A stretch of 63,926 bases of DNA, filler included, from Octopus bimaculoides (GCF_001194135.2; 6 parts of 6 records of this genome joined end to end with filler, not necessarily neighbours in it), one strand, 5' to 3'. Shown: positions 1-13,585, counted from the whole stretch's first letter. Translations and numbers: made by a program. The notes: a model not told the origin generated them from the sequence alone.

Positions 1-3000
1 CGTATGTCAGAACGAACGAACGTACGGACGGACGAACGAACGAAGGAATGAAACGAACGAACGAACGAATGAGACGAACGAACGAACGAACGAACTACCT
101 AATGAACGAACGTACGTACATACGTACGAAAGAACTAACGAACGAGGCAACGAACGAGGCAACGAACGAACGTCCGTACGTACGTACGGATTTACGTACG
201 TAAGTACGTATGTAAGAATGCACGAACGATCGAACAAACGAGCTAACAAAGAAACGGATGAACGTACGTACGAAAGAAAGAACGAACGAACGAACGATTG
301 AACGAACGAATGTACGTAGGTACGAAAAAAACACGAACGAACAAAGAAATGAACGTACGTATGTACGAACGAGCAAACGAACGAACAAACTAACGAACGA
401 ACAAACTAACGAACGTACGCACGTACCTACGTACGAATGAACGAACGAACGTACGTACGTGCGTACGAACGAATGAACGAAATAACGTATGTAAGAACTA
501 CGAACGAACGAGCGAACGAACGAACAAATTAACAAACGTGCGCATGTACGTACGAAAGAACGAACGAACGTACGAAAGAATGAACGAACGATTGAACGAA
601 AAAATGTACGTGCGTACGAAAGAACGAGCGAACGAACAAACGTATGTACGTACGTGCGAAGGAAAGAACGAACAGGCGAACGAACGAGCGAATGAACGTA
701 CTATGTTCCTACGTACATATATATAAATGAACGAACGAACGAACGAACTAACGAACGAACGAACGTACGTACGCTCGAACTAACGTATGTCAGAACGAAC
801 GTCCGTACCTATGTACAGATTTACGTACGTAAGTACGTATGTAAGAACGATCGAACGATCGAACAAACGAACGAGGAAAGAAACGGACGAACGTACGTAC
901 GAACGAAAGAACGGACGAACGAAAGAACGGACGAACGAAAGAACGGACGAACGAACGATTGAACGAACGAATGTACGTAGGTACGAAAAATAAACGAACG
1001 AACGAATGAACGAACGAACGAACGAACGAACGAACGAATGAACGAACGTACGTACATACGTACGAAAGAAAGAAAGAACTAACGAACGAGGCAACAAACG
1101 AACGTCCGTACATATGTACGGATTTACGTACGTAAGTACGTATGTAAGAACGCACGAACGATCGAACACACGAGCTAACAAAGAAACGGAAGAACGTACG
1201 GACGAACGAAAGAACGAACGAACGAACGAACGATTGAACGAAAGAACGAACGAACGAACGATTGAACGAACGAACGAACGATTGAACGAACGAACGTACG
1301 TAGGTACGAAAAATAAACGAACGAACAAAGAATTGAACGTACGTATGTACGAACGAACGAACGAACGAACGAACAATCTAACAAACGAACAAATTCACGA
1401 ACGTTCGTACGAACGAACGAACGAACGTACGTACGTACGAACGAACAAACAAACGTACGTACGTACGTGCGAAGGAAGGAACGAACGAACGTACGTACGT
1501 TCGAACGAACGTATGTCAGAACGAACGAACGTTCGTACGTTCGATCGAACGTATGTCAGAACGAACGAACGTACGGACGGACNNNNNNNNNNACGTTCGA
1601 TCGAACGTATGTCAGAACGAACGAACGTACGGACGGACGAACGAACGTACGGACGGACGAACGAACGAATGAAACGAACGAACGAACGAATGAAAGGAAC
1701 GAACGAACGAACGAACGAACGAATGATCTAATGAACGAACGTTCGTATGTAGGTACCAAAGAACGAAAGAAATAAGGAAAAAGGCAACGAACAAACGTCC
1801 GTACGTATGTATGGATTTACGTACGTAAGTACTTATGTAAGAACGAACGAACGATCGAACAAACGAACGAGCAAAGAAACGGAAGAACGTACGTACGAAC
1901 GAAAGAACGAACGAACGAACGATTGAACGAACGAACGTACGTAGGTACGAAAGATAAACGAACGAACAAATAATTGAACGTACGTATATACGAACGAACA
2001 AACGAACGAACTAACGAACAAACGAACGAACTAACGAACAAACGAACGTACATAAGTAGGTACATATATACGTACGTACATATGAACGAACGAACAATCT
2101 AAGGAACGTATGCACGTACGTACGTACGTACGAACGAATGAACGAAAGAACTTACGTATGTACGTAGGAACGAACGAACGAACGAACGTACGTACGTACG
2201 AACGAACGTATGTCAGAACGAACGAACGTACGGACGGACGAACGAACGAAAGAATGAAACGAACGAACGAACGAACGAACGAACTACCTAATGAACGAAC
2301 GTACGTACATACGTACGAAAGAACTAACGAACGAGGCAACGAACGAACGTCCGTATGTATGTACGGATTTACGTACGTAAGTACGTATGTAAGAATGAAC
2401 GAACGATCGAACAAACGAGCTAACAAAGAAACGGACGAACGTATGTACGAAAGAAAGAACGAACGAACGAACAAACTAACGAACGTACGCACGTACGTAC
2501 GTACGAATGAACGAACGAACGTACGTACATGCGTACGAACAAATGAACGAAATAACGTATGAAAGAACTACGAACGAACGAGCGAACGAACAAACAAATT
2601 AACAAACGTGCGCATGTACGTACGAAAGAACGAACGAACGTACGAAAGAACGAATGAACGATTGAACGAAAAAATGTACGTGCGTACGAAAGAACGCGCG
2701 ATCGAATAAACGTATGTACGTACGTGCGAAGGAAAGACCGAACAGACGAACGAACGAACGAATGAACGTACTATGTTCCTACGTACATATATATAAATGA
2801 ACGAACGAACGAACGAACTAACGAGCGAACGAACGTACGTACGCTCGAACTAAAGTATGTCAGAACGAACGAACGTACGGACGGAAGANNNNNNNNNNNN
2901 NNNNNNNNNNNNNNNNNNNNNNNNNNNNNNNNNNNNNNNNNNNNNNNNNNNNNNNNNNNNNNNNNNNNNNNNNNNNNNNNNNNNNNNNNNNNNNNNNNNN

Positions 3001-6000
3001 NNNNNNNNNNNNNNNNNNNNNNNNNNNNNNNNNNNNNNNNNNNNNNNNNNNNNNNNNNNNNNNNNNNNNNNNNNNNNNNNNNGTACGTACATGCGTACGA
3101 ACAAATGAACGAAATAACGTATGAAAGAACTACGAACGAACGAGCGAACGAACAAACAAATTAACAAACGTGCGCATGTACGTACGAAAGAACGAAACAA
3201 CTAACGAACGAGGCAACGAACGAACGTCCGTACCTATGTACAGATTTACGTACGTAAGTACGTATGTAAGAACGAACGAACCATCGAACAAACCAACGAG
3301 CAAAGAAACGGACGAACGTACGTACGAACGAAAGAACGAACGAACGAACGATTGAACGAACGAATGTACGTAGGTACGAAAAATAAACGAACGAACAAAG
3401 AATTGAACGTACGTATGTACGAACGAACAAACGAACGAACTAACCTACAAACGAACGTACATAATTAGGTACATATGTACGTACGTACGTATGAACGAAC
3501 AAACAAACTAAGGAACGTATGCACGTACGTACGAACGAACGTACGTACGTACGAACGAATGAACGAAAGAACGTACTACGTACAAACGAACGAACGAACG
3601 AACGAACGAACGTACGTACGTACGAACGAACGTATGTGAGAACGAACGAACGTACGGACGGACAGACGAACGAATGAATGAAACAAACGAACGAACGAAT
3701 GAAACGAACGAACGAACGAATGAAACGAACGAACGAATGAACGAACGAACGAACGAACGAACTACCTAATGAACGAACGTACGTACATACGTACGAAAGA
3801 ATGAAAGAACGAAAGAACGAGGCAACGAACGAACGTCCGTACATATGTACGGATTTACGTACGTAAGTACGTATGTAAGAAAGCACGAACGATCGAACAA
3901 ACGAGCTAACAAAGAAACGGAAGAACGTACGGACGAACGAACGAACGAACGAACGATTTAACGAAAGAACGAACGAACGAACGATTGAATGAACGAACGT
4001 ACGTAGGTACGAAAAAAACACGAACGAACAAAGAATTGAACGTACGTATGTACGAACGAGCAAAAGAACGAACGTACGTACGTACGTACGAACGAATGAA
4101 CGAAAGAACGTACGAAAGAACGTACGAACAAACGAGCGAACGAACGAATAAATTAACAAACGTGTGCATGTACGTACGAAAGAACGAACGAACGTACGAA
4201 AGAATGAACGAACGATTGAACGAAAAAATGTACGTGCGTACGAAAGAACGAACGAACGAACAAACGTACGTACGTACGTGCGAAGGACAGAACGAACAGA
4301 CGAACGAACGAATTATTGTACGTTCGTACGGAAGAACAAAACAAACCAACGAACGAATGAACGAACGAATGAACGTACTATGTCTCTACGTACATATATA
4401 TGAATGAACGAACGAACGAATGAAACGAGCGAACGAACGAACGAACGACCTAATGAACGAACGTACGTATATACGTACGTACGAAAGAACGAACGAATGA
4501 ACGTCCTAATGAACGAACGTACGTACGTACGAAAGAACGAAACAACTAACGAACGAGGCAACGAACGAACGTCTGTACGTATGTACGGATTTACGTACGT
4601 AAGTACGTATGTAATGACGAACGAACGATGGAACAAACGAACGAACAAGGAAACGGACGAACGTACGTACGAAGAAAAGAACGAACGAAGGAACGATTGA
4701 ACGAACGAACGTACGTAGCTACGAAAAATAGACGAACGAACAAATAATTGAACGTACGTATGTGCGAACGAACAAAGGAACGAACTAACGAACAAACGAA
4801 CGTACATAAGTGGGTACATATGTACGTACTTACGTATGAACGAACGAACAGACGAACAGACGAACAAATAATTGAACGAACGTACGTACGTACGAACGAT
4901 TGAACAGAAGAACGTACGAACGAACGTACTATGTTCCTACGTACATATATATGAATGAACGAACGAACGAACGAACGTAAGTACGAACGAACGTATGTCA
5001 GAACGAACGAACGAATGAAACGAACGAACGAACGAATGAAACGAACGAACGAATGAAACGAACGAACGAACGAACGATCTAATGAACGAACGTACGTACG
5101 TACGTACGAACAAAAGAACGACCGAACGAACGATTGAACGAACGAACGTACGTAGGATCGAAAAATAAACGAACGAAAAAAGAATTGAACGTACGTATGT
5201 ACGAACGAACAAACGAACGAACTAACGAACAAACGAAGGTACATAAGTAGGTACATATGTTCGTACGTACGTACGTACGTACGTATGAACGAACGAACAA
5301 ACTAAGGAACGTACGCACGTACGTAGGAACGAATGAACGAAAGAACGAACGAATGAACGAAGGAACGAACGAATGAACGAAAGAACGAACGAATGAACGA
5401 AAGAACGTACGTACGAAAGAACGTACGAACGAACGTACGTATGTTCCTACGTACAAATATATGAATGAACGAACGAACGAACGAACGAATTATCGTACGT
5501 ACGTACGGAAGAACGAAGCAAACCACCGAACGAACGAACGTAGTATGTTCCTACGTATGTCAAAACGAACGAACGTACGGACGGACGAACGTACGTACGA
5601 ACGAACGTACGTACGAACGAACGTACGTACGAACGAAAGAACGAACGAACGATCGAACGATTGAACGAACGAACTTACGTAGGTACGAAAAACAAACGAA
5701 CGAACAAAGAATTGAACGTACGTATGTACGAACGAACAAACGAGCGAACTAACGAACAAACGAACGTACATAAGTAGGTACATATGTACGTACGTACGTA
5801 CGTATGATCGAACGAACAGACTAACGAGCGTACGCACGTACGCACGAACGAACGTACGTACGTACGAACGAATGAACGAAAGAACGTACGTACGTATGTA
5901 CGTACGAAAGAACATACGAACAAACGTACTATGTTCCTACGTACATATATATGAATGAACAAACGAACGAACGTACGTACGTCCGAACGAACGTATTTGT

Positions 6001-8629
6001 TCGTTCGTTTATTTTTCGTACCTACGTACGTTCGTTCGTTCAATCGTTCGTTCGTTCGTTCTTTCGTTCGTACGTACGTTCGTACGTACGTTCGTCCGTT
6101 TCTTTGCTCGTTCGTTTGTTCGATCGTTCGTTCGTTCTTACATACGTACTTACGTACATATAACCGTACATACGTACGGACGTTTGTGCGTTGCCTTTTT
6201 CCTTATTTCTTTCGTTCTTTCGTACGTACATACGAACGTTCGTTCATTAGGTCGAATGAATGAAACGAATGAAACGAACGAACGAACGATCGAACGAACG
6301 ACCTAATGAACGAACGTGCGTACGTACGTACATACGAACGAAAGAACTAACGAACGAGGCAACGAACGAACGTCCGTACATAAGTAGGTACATATGTACG
6401 TACTTACGTATGAACGAACGAACAGACTAACGAGTGTACGCACGTACGTACGAACGAACGTATGTACGTACGAACGAATGAACGAAAGAACGGACGTACG
6501 TACGAAAGAACGTACTAAGAACGAACGAATTAAACGAACGAACGAACGAACGAACGAACAACCTAATGAACGAACGTACGTACGTACGTACGTACGAAAG
6601 AACGAAAGAACGAAAGAACGAAAGAACTAAGGAAAGAGGCTACGCACGAACGTCCGTACGTATGTACGGATTTACGTACGTAATTACGTATGTAAGAACG
6701 TACTATGTTCCTACATACATACAAAGAATTGAACGTACGTATGTACGAACGAACAAACGAACGAACTAACGAACAAACGAACGTACATAAGTAGGTACAT
6801 ATGTACGTACTTACGTAGGAACGAACGAACGTACGTACGTACGAACGAATGAACGAAATAACGTACGAAAAAACGTACGAAAGAACGTACGAACGAACGA
6901 ACGAGTGAACGAACGAAGAATCTAACGAACGTACGCACGTACATAAGAACGAATGAACGTAATTACGTACGTACCAACGAACGTACGTAGGTACGTATAT
7001 AAGTACCCACGTACGAACGAACGTAAATACGTCCGTACGTACGTAACAACGAAGGAACGAACAAACAAATGAAAGAACGAACTAACGAACGAACGTATGT
7101 ACGTACGTACGAAACATGAAAGAAACGAATGAAAGAACGTAAGTACGTATGTAAGAACGAACGAACGAAAGAATTAACGAACGAACGATAAACGAAAGAA
7201 GGAACGAACGATCGAACAAACGAATTAACGAACAAATGTAGGTACATACGTACGAACGAACGAACAAGCGTACGTACGACGGAACAAACGAACGAACGAA
7301 CGAACGAACGTACGTAGGAACGAACGAACGATTGAACGAACGAACGAACAAACGAAAGAACGAACAAAAGTACGTACGTACGAACGAACGAGCGAGCGAA
7401 AGATTGAAAGAACGAACGTACGTACGAAAAAAAAACGAACGAACAAAGAAAGGAACGTACGTATGTACGTACGAACAAATGAACGAAAGAACGATCGAAA
7501 GTACGAACGATCGAACGTAGATATGTATGTACGTACGAACGAACGAGCAAAGTACGTTCGGTCATTCTTACGCACGTACGTTCGTTCGTTCGTTGGATCG
7601 TTCCTACGTACTTACTTATGAACGTAGTACGTTCATTCGTTCTATCGTTCGTTCGTTCTTTCGTACGTACGTACGTACACACATCCGTCCGTTCGTTCGT
7701 TCGTACGTACGTGCGTTCGGTTCGTTAATTTGTTAATTCGTTCGTTCGTTAATTTGTTCGTTCGTTCGTTAATTTGTTCGTTCGGTCGTTCGTTAGTTTG
7801 TTCATTCGTTCGCTCTTTTGTCCGTAGATATGTACGTACATTAATTCATTCGTACGTACGAACCTACGTACATATGTGCTTACGTACGTACGTGCGTTTG
7901 ATCGTTATTTCGTTTGTTCATTCGTTCATTGAACAAACGAACGAACGAACAAAGAAATTAACGTACGTATGTACGTACGAACAAACGAACGAAAGAACGA
8001 TCGAAAGTACGAACGATCGAACGAACGAACGTAGGTATGTATGTACGTACGAACGACCGAACAAACGAACAAGATAAAGAACGTACGCGCGTACGTTCGG
8101 TCATTCTTACGCACGTACGTTTGTTTGTTCTTTCTTTCGTTCGTTTGTTCGTACGTACGTACGTACGTACGTTCGTTCGTTCGTACGTACGTTCGTTAGT
8201 TGGTACGTTCGTTTGTTCATTTATTCATACGTATATACATATGTAAATACGTACATTCGATCGTTCGTTCGTTGGTTCTTTCGTTTGATCATTTCGTTGG
8301 CAAGCTCGTACGTACGTACGAATGAGCGAACGAACTAACGAATGAACAAACGAAAGAACGAACGAACGTACGTATATTCGTATTTACATATGTATGAATG
8401 AACGAGCGAACGAACGATCGTACGTATGAACAAATGATCGAAGGAAGGAAAGAACGTGCGTACGTAAGTTCGTACGTACGAACGAATAAACGAAAGAATG
8501 AACGTAATTACGAACGAACGAAAGAACGAACGAATGAACGAGCGAACGAACGAACGAACGAACGAACGAACGAACAAACGAACGAACGAACGAGCGAACG
8601 AACGAACGAACGAACGAACGAGCGAACGA
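1..8629. repeat. CpG-rich complex satellite built from ACGA/ACGT tetramers, with higher-order units of about 300-750 bp and internal inversions
   Basis: Continuous (ACGA)n/(ACGT)n mosaic. The landmark motif (C/A)GATTTACGTACGTAAGTACGTATGTAAGAA recurs near 187, 815, 1118, 1812, 2364, 3241, 3849, 4585 and 6667. T-rich reverse-complement blocks lie at about 5996-6250, 7555-7930 and 8095-8310. Confidence 0.95.
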
Positions 8630-8729
8630 NNNNNNNNNNNNNNNNNNNNNNNNNNNNNNNNNNNNNNNNNNNNTTAATTAATTAANNNNNNNNNNNNNNN
8701 NNNNNNNNNNNNNNNNNNNNNNNNNNNNN
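8630..8729. other. Artificial scaffold-join spacer (44 N + TTAATTAATTAA + 44 N); the same spacer is centred at 29140, 39061, 48651 and 62839
   Basis: Identical palindromic 12-mer with stops in all six frames, embedded in N runs of equal length, five times in the window. Confidence 0.95.
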
Positions 8730-9056
8730 GCCAGTACCGCCTGACTGACCTTCGTAGGATTTTCGAGCGAGAGCGTTGCCAGTTCCCCTGGACTGGCTCT
8801 TGTGCGGGTGGCACATAAAATACACCATTTTGAGCGTGGCCGTTGCCAGTACCGCCTAACTGGCCTTCATGCGGGTGACACGTAAAAGCACCCACTACAC
8901 TCTCTGAGTGGTTGGTGTTAGGAAGGGCATCCAGCTGTAGAAACTCTGCCAAATCAGATTGGAGCCTGGTGTTGCCATCCGGTTTCACCAGTCCTCAGTC
9001 AAATCGTCCAACCCATGCTAGCATGGAAAGCGGACGTTAAACGATGATGATGATGA
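8730..9056 (+). mobile_element. Short retroposon carrying the RTE-LINE 3' tail, ending in (GAT)n
   Basis: Contains GAGTGGTTGGTGTTAGGAAGGGCATCCAGCTGTAGAAAC...GTTAAACGATGATGAT. Nearly identical to 26172-26583. The same tail motif ends the RTE remnant at about 18440-18520 on the minus strand. Confidence 0.75.
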
Positions 9057-9058
9057 TA

Positions 9059-10145
9059 AAGGGTGTCCAAAAGAAACTGGAATCTTGCAATATTATATTA
9101 TTCACTTAGCTTCACATGTTTACCCTTTTATCATCTTCAAAGTATTCTCCATTTGAAGCAATGCATCAGTCCAGACACATTTTCCATCGTTTGAAGCAGT
9201 CCTAGAACTTTGTGAAGTGATGCCTTTTAACACCTCCATTGTTTTTTTGTTTTATTTTCATCTCTCCTACATCTGCAAAACGTTTTCCTTTAAGAACTTT
9301 TTTTCATTTGGGGGATCAAAAAAAAAGTCACAGAGAGCAAGATCAGGTGAATAGGGAGGGTGAGTAAGTGGGGTCATGCCATTCTTGACCAAAAACTGAC
9401 TCACAGTCAAGGTGGTGTGGACAGGTGCATCGTTGTGATGAAACCACCACTCTCCACTTTGCCACTGGTTGGGGTGTTTTCATCTCACTGCATATCACAA
9501 ATGCTTCTGAACTACCAAGTAAAATATCTGGTTAACAGTGTGACTAGGAGGAACAAATTCTGTGTGGACACTTCCTTTCACATCTATGAAACAAATCAAC
9601 ATTGTCTTGACATTAGATTTCATCTCGCATGATTTTTGGGGGCATGGTGACATTGATTGCTGTTTCATTTCCAGGTCGTAGATGTAGCAGCAGCTTTCGT
9701 CACCAGTAATGACCTTTGAAAAAAAGGTCTGGATCAACTTCCAACTGTTCTTTCAGTTCAGGATATGCATTCAGACATGACTGCTTTTGATCTTCTGTGT
9801 GCAAGTGAGGTACAAATTTTGCTGCAACTCTTTTCATTTGCAATTCCTTGCTCAAAACTCATTGGCAGGAGCTCCAGGACACACCAATTATATCAACAAG
9901 TTCATCAATTGTTTGGCAACATCCCTTTAAGATCAGTTCACAAATTTACATGATGTTTTCATTCATTCAGGAGGTTCAATGAGGCTGGTCTTTAAGTGAC
10001 AAGGGATCATTCCTAAAGCATCAAAACCACTCATTAACTCGTGTTTTGCTCATAGCAGCATCCTTGTAACCTGTTTGAAGCATGACAACTCTTTCAGTCA
10101 CTGTTTTCCCCAGAAGAAAGCAGAATTTTATGAAGCATGCTGTTG
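9059..10145 (-). mobile_element. Decayed Mariner (DD34D-type) DNA transposon
   Basis: Minus-strand translation gives IKFCFLLGKT..MLQTGYKDAAMSKTRVNEWF, VITGDES, KSNVKTMLICFIDVKGSVHTEFVPP and HPPYSPDLALCDFF. Several stops and frameshifts. TIR-like AGGGTGTCCAAAAGAAACTGGAAT at about 9060. Confidence 0.9.
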
Positions 10146-10303
10146 TAAGGACTGAGCGATCAGGAGAGGTGATGAGGAATGGCTCCTTTAGTACATTGCA
10201 CAGTCGATACAAATAAAAATATGAAAAGAGGATAAATGAGTATAAGTGCCAGAAGGAAAAGAGACACAACCGGTAGAAGGTTTAGGAGAAGATTTTATTG
10301 ATA

Positions 10304-11110
10304 TGTCAACTTGTGTGTGTGAGTGTGACATATAAACATAATAATAGACAAGCCGTCATGTAAACAAAGTGTGTGCGTATGCAAACATAGATGTATGTGT
10401 GTGTGAGAAATACAGAGCATAGAAAAGAGTCTATAAGGAAGTTAGAAGAAAGTCCAGACACAAGGATGATAAATACCAGTTCGTATTCAAGGTACACAGT
10501 AGTTGAGGTGCTGTAACAAGAAGTTGAGGCCACGTAGCAGAGCCGGAGAGAGGCACATGTCGTAAGGGGTTGTGGCTTCAATACTGCTGCCAGTTACTTG
10601 GTTTGGTACAGGAGTTCTCGCAGGTTGTATTTACTGTTAACCATGGTGAAGTAATTCACAAACAGTTGGGAGAGAGAACCTGTGCGAGCATTGCTGGTGG
10701 TGTGTACGTAGAGAAGTTGGTGTAGACACTAAGAAGCTAGAGGCGACGAAGATGGAGGTCAGTAAGCTGCTGGTCTCTATGTGGCTGCTATTGTGTCGTC
10801 GCTGGAACTGGCTGTGTGCTCTGTGGTCAGTGGCTAGACCTCAGAAGGTTTAGAGCCAAAAAGACAAACTGTGATGGTGAAAAGGTGGCTTTTATACCAT
10901 GCTGTCAGCTCAAACTGAGGTTTGGAAAAGACTGTCTCACGAGACCTTATCTGAAGGCTGTGATTGGTTGAGTTGCATCTTGGCGCACAATAGAGCAAGA
11001 GACAAACTGCGCCAATACCAACCAATCAGAGTGGTGGACACAACAGGGTCCAAAGGTGCGGCCGAAGGCTAGCTGTTATCCACTACGTCTGTATCCATGT
11101 ATATATAACA
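10304..11110 (-). mobile_element. Probable solo LTR
   Basis: TGT...ACA termini (TGTCAAC / ATAACA). Flanks GATA / GAGA are a possible 4-bp TSD with one mismatch. The minus strand has CCAATC (10962-10967) about 70 bp upstream of TATAAAAG (10889-10896). No coding remnant. Confidence 0.5.
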
Positions 11111-11354
11111 GAGAGAGCGAAATGTATCCCTTAAGGTGTGTGCTACACTGTTCTTTCATTTCAGCCATTGCAAAAATCAGAAAACAGGAGAGAAGCACTG
11201 CAAAAAAAAAAAGATGTGGAAGTAAGACCACATTTGATGATGCTGATCAGCAGACTAATGCCTGAGGGTCACATCAAATGGCTTCTAGCAGCGGAAGCCT
11301 GAACTACAACGAGCTTGTCCCACAGAGTATGTTTCCAGTTACTTTTGGGTACTC

Positions 11355-11390
<36 letters not shown>

Positions 11391-11489
11391 GGCGAGGTGG
11401 TGAAGCATGATCCCAGTTTTTGGATCTCACAGAGGCAATCACAAGTGATTGAGGCTTTTGGCAATTTGCTGTTCTTGAGAAAACTTGTC

Positions 11490-11730
11490 AGGCCAAGTGA
11501 AATCATAAGTCATGGCCAGTGTCAGTGACAAGCAAATGGTATTCATGCCAGTGACATGTAAAAGACACCCATCACACTGTTGAAGTGGTTGGTGTTAGAA
11601 AAGGCATCTAGCCATAGAAACCAAACCAAATCAGACTGGAACCTAATACATCTCTCCAGTTCACCAGTTCTAGTCAAACCGTCTAACCCATGCCAGCAAG
11701 GAAAATAGGCACTAAATGATGATGATGATT
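11490..11730 (+). mobile_element. Older copy of the RTE-tail short retroposon
   Basis: GAAGTGGTTGGTGTTAGAAAAGGCATCTAGCC...TAAATGATGATGAT, a diverged match to 8730-9056. Confidence 0.7.
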
Positions 11731-11749
11731 CATACCAATAATCCTTTCT

Positions 11750-11915
11750 AATATAGGCATTTTAGAGAGGGGTCTAGTTGATTACATTGATTCCCAAGTC
11801 AGCTGGTACCTATTTTATTGACTCCAAAAAGATGAAAGGTGAAGTCAACCTCGGTGGAATTTGACCTCAGAACGTGAAGACAGATTAAATGCCATCAAGC
11901 ATTTTGTTTGGTAGC
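11750..11915 (-). mobile_element. tRNA-derived SINE, family A
   Basis: Reverse complement of the core GTTCTGAGTTCAAATTCC..GAGGT.GACTT..CCTTTCATC...ATAAAATAAGTACCAG shared with the copies at 23220-25155. Confidence 0.75.
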
Positions 11916-13284
11916 TAACAATTCAAACTGCTCAATAACTGCTGCCCATGGTTTTGTTAGTAAATGCCTAAGTGTCAATCTGGGGTCTTCAGCACAAGAA
12001 ATCAATCCAGTTAACAAGCACATTACAAATTCAATCTGCTAGTGGAACAATAAAAATATGCAAACCACTTTTTAAAGTTTTTTTAACATGTGACACTGTT
12101 TTTGTTATCTACATTCCAAAGATGGAGCTTTATTACTTTGTTAAAAATCCAATTCCTTCCTTACAGGATGACTTCGGATAATTTTAAAAAATAGAAGCGG
12201 ACATACATATATACATGATGGCTGTCAACTTATAGAAGAGTATGGCTTTCACTGACAAAACAATGCCTGTGCAATGTTTTAGGTCTAATAAGAATTACAC
12301 AACACCTCATAGACTCTCTCCATCACATTAAAATGATCCAGAGACAAGATGAAGCAAGACATCTAGTGTCAATATGGGTCACAGGTTCAGGAATGTGTGA
12401 GTGCCAAGATCTCAAGCACAAGCAAAAGATACTCAAAATGTCCAATGCCATTCCCTGCACAACTAGTTTTATTTCAGAGACCTTCTCCTAGAGACATGCT
12501 TTATGAAAAGCTGAGAAATGTCTCACTCTTACTGATCTTCCAGCACACCAGACACCAACCCAGAAATTCCTACATTCCATTACACTTCAAAACTGATGCT
12601 TGGTAAGAAATTTCTTTATTTTACACTTTATTTCATGACAATGTCGAGTATTGATAAACAGTACAAAATAGGAGAATATAGTGTGAAATTATTTACTTAT
12701 AACATCTTAACACGCATTAATTAAAAAATGAGTATGTAAAATTAATTACACATAACCTTTCTGAACAAGTCACTTTATTAGAAGTCTTATGATACAATGA
12801 ACTGCTGATACTGATATATAAATCCAGTTAGCCAAAAGTTCGAAAAATGCAATTAAATTGGCATACAGTCTACTTTCTTCGGAGAATGTCTCAAAAATAC
12901 ACATTATGAAATTATTTACGTTAAACTGATTGTTAAATTAGTCTTTAGGAGTCATTACTTACCAACATTATATGGTCAAAAGCATTTTGATACTATGCCA
13001 TATGCAGTTGCGTCCCTTTACATTAGCCTCCTGTTTAATCTTAGGGTTCGGTGACTGTCCTCTTCTTCAAAATCTGTTAGTTTATGCATAACTAACAAAT
13101 CTTTTATGGCCTTAATTGTAAAATAAAAACGAAATATTCAAACAGAATTTGCATGATTTTCTATTTACAAAATTATATTATTCATCAGCTTACATACAAT
13201 ACGTTCAGGCTAGAGAATCATACAAGGGACGTAATTCTGTTAAGTAACTAAATTCTCTGAAATTACACATGCACACATACATAC

Positions 13285-13327
<43 letters not shown>

Positions 13328-13585
13328 NNNNNNNNNNNNNNNNNNNNNNNNNNNNNNNNNNNNNNNNNNNNNNNNNNNNNNNNNNNNNNNNNNNTATATG
13401 ACTCGTTAAAATATCTTTTGACTGAAATTTACAATTTCAATTCTTAAAGTAGGATCTAAAAAGATTTTAACGACTATTGAACATATCGAAAATAACTGGA
13501 CATATTACAAGGAGAGATTGTTAGTTTTTTAACACCGCTTTCTCATTCAGTGTTCCTCAATGAGGGGTGAAACCCCGTTGCTAAA

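Noticed and set aside
7-8685. Dozens of 60-240 aa ORFs on both strands (RSFV/ERTN repeats)
   Set aside because: Translations of a tetramer satellite that rarely generates stops; overlapping in all frames, with no domain or splice structure.
11160-11265. Exon-like segment (TTTCAG|CCATTG...; AIAKIRKQERSTAKKK)
   Set aside because: No recognisable homology and no compatible partner exons.
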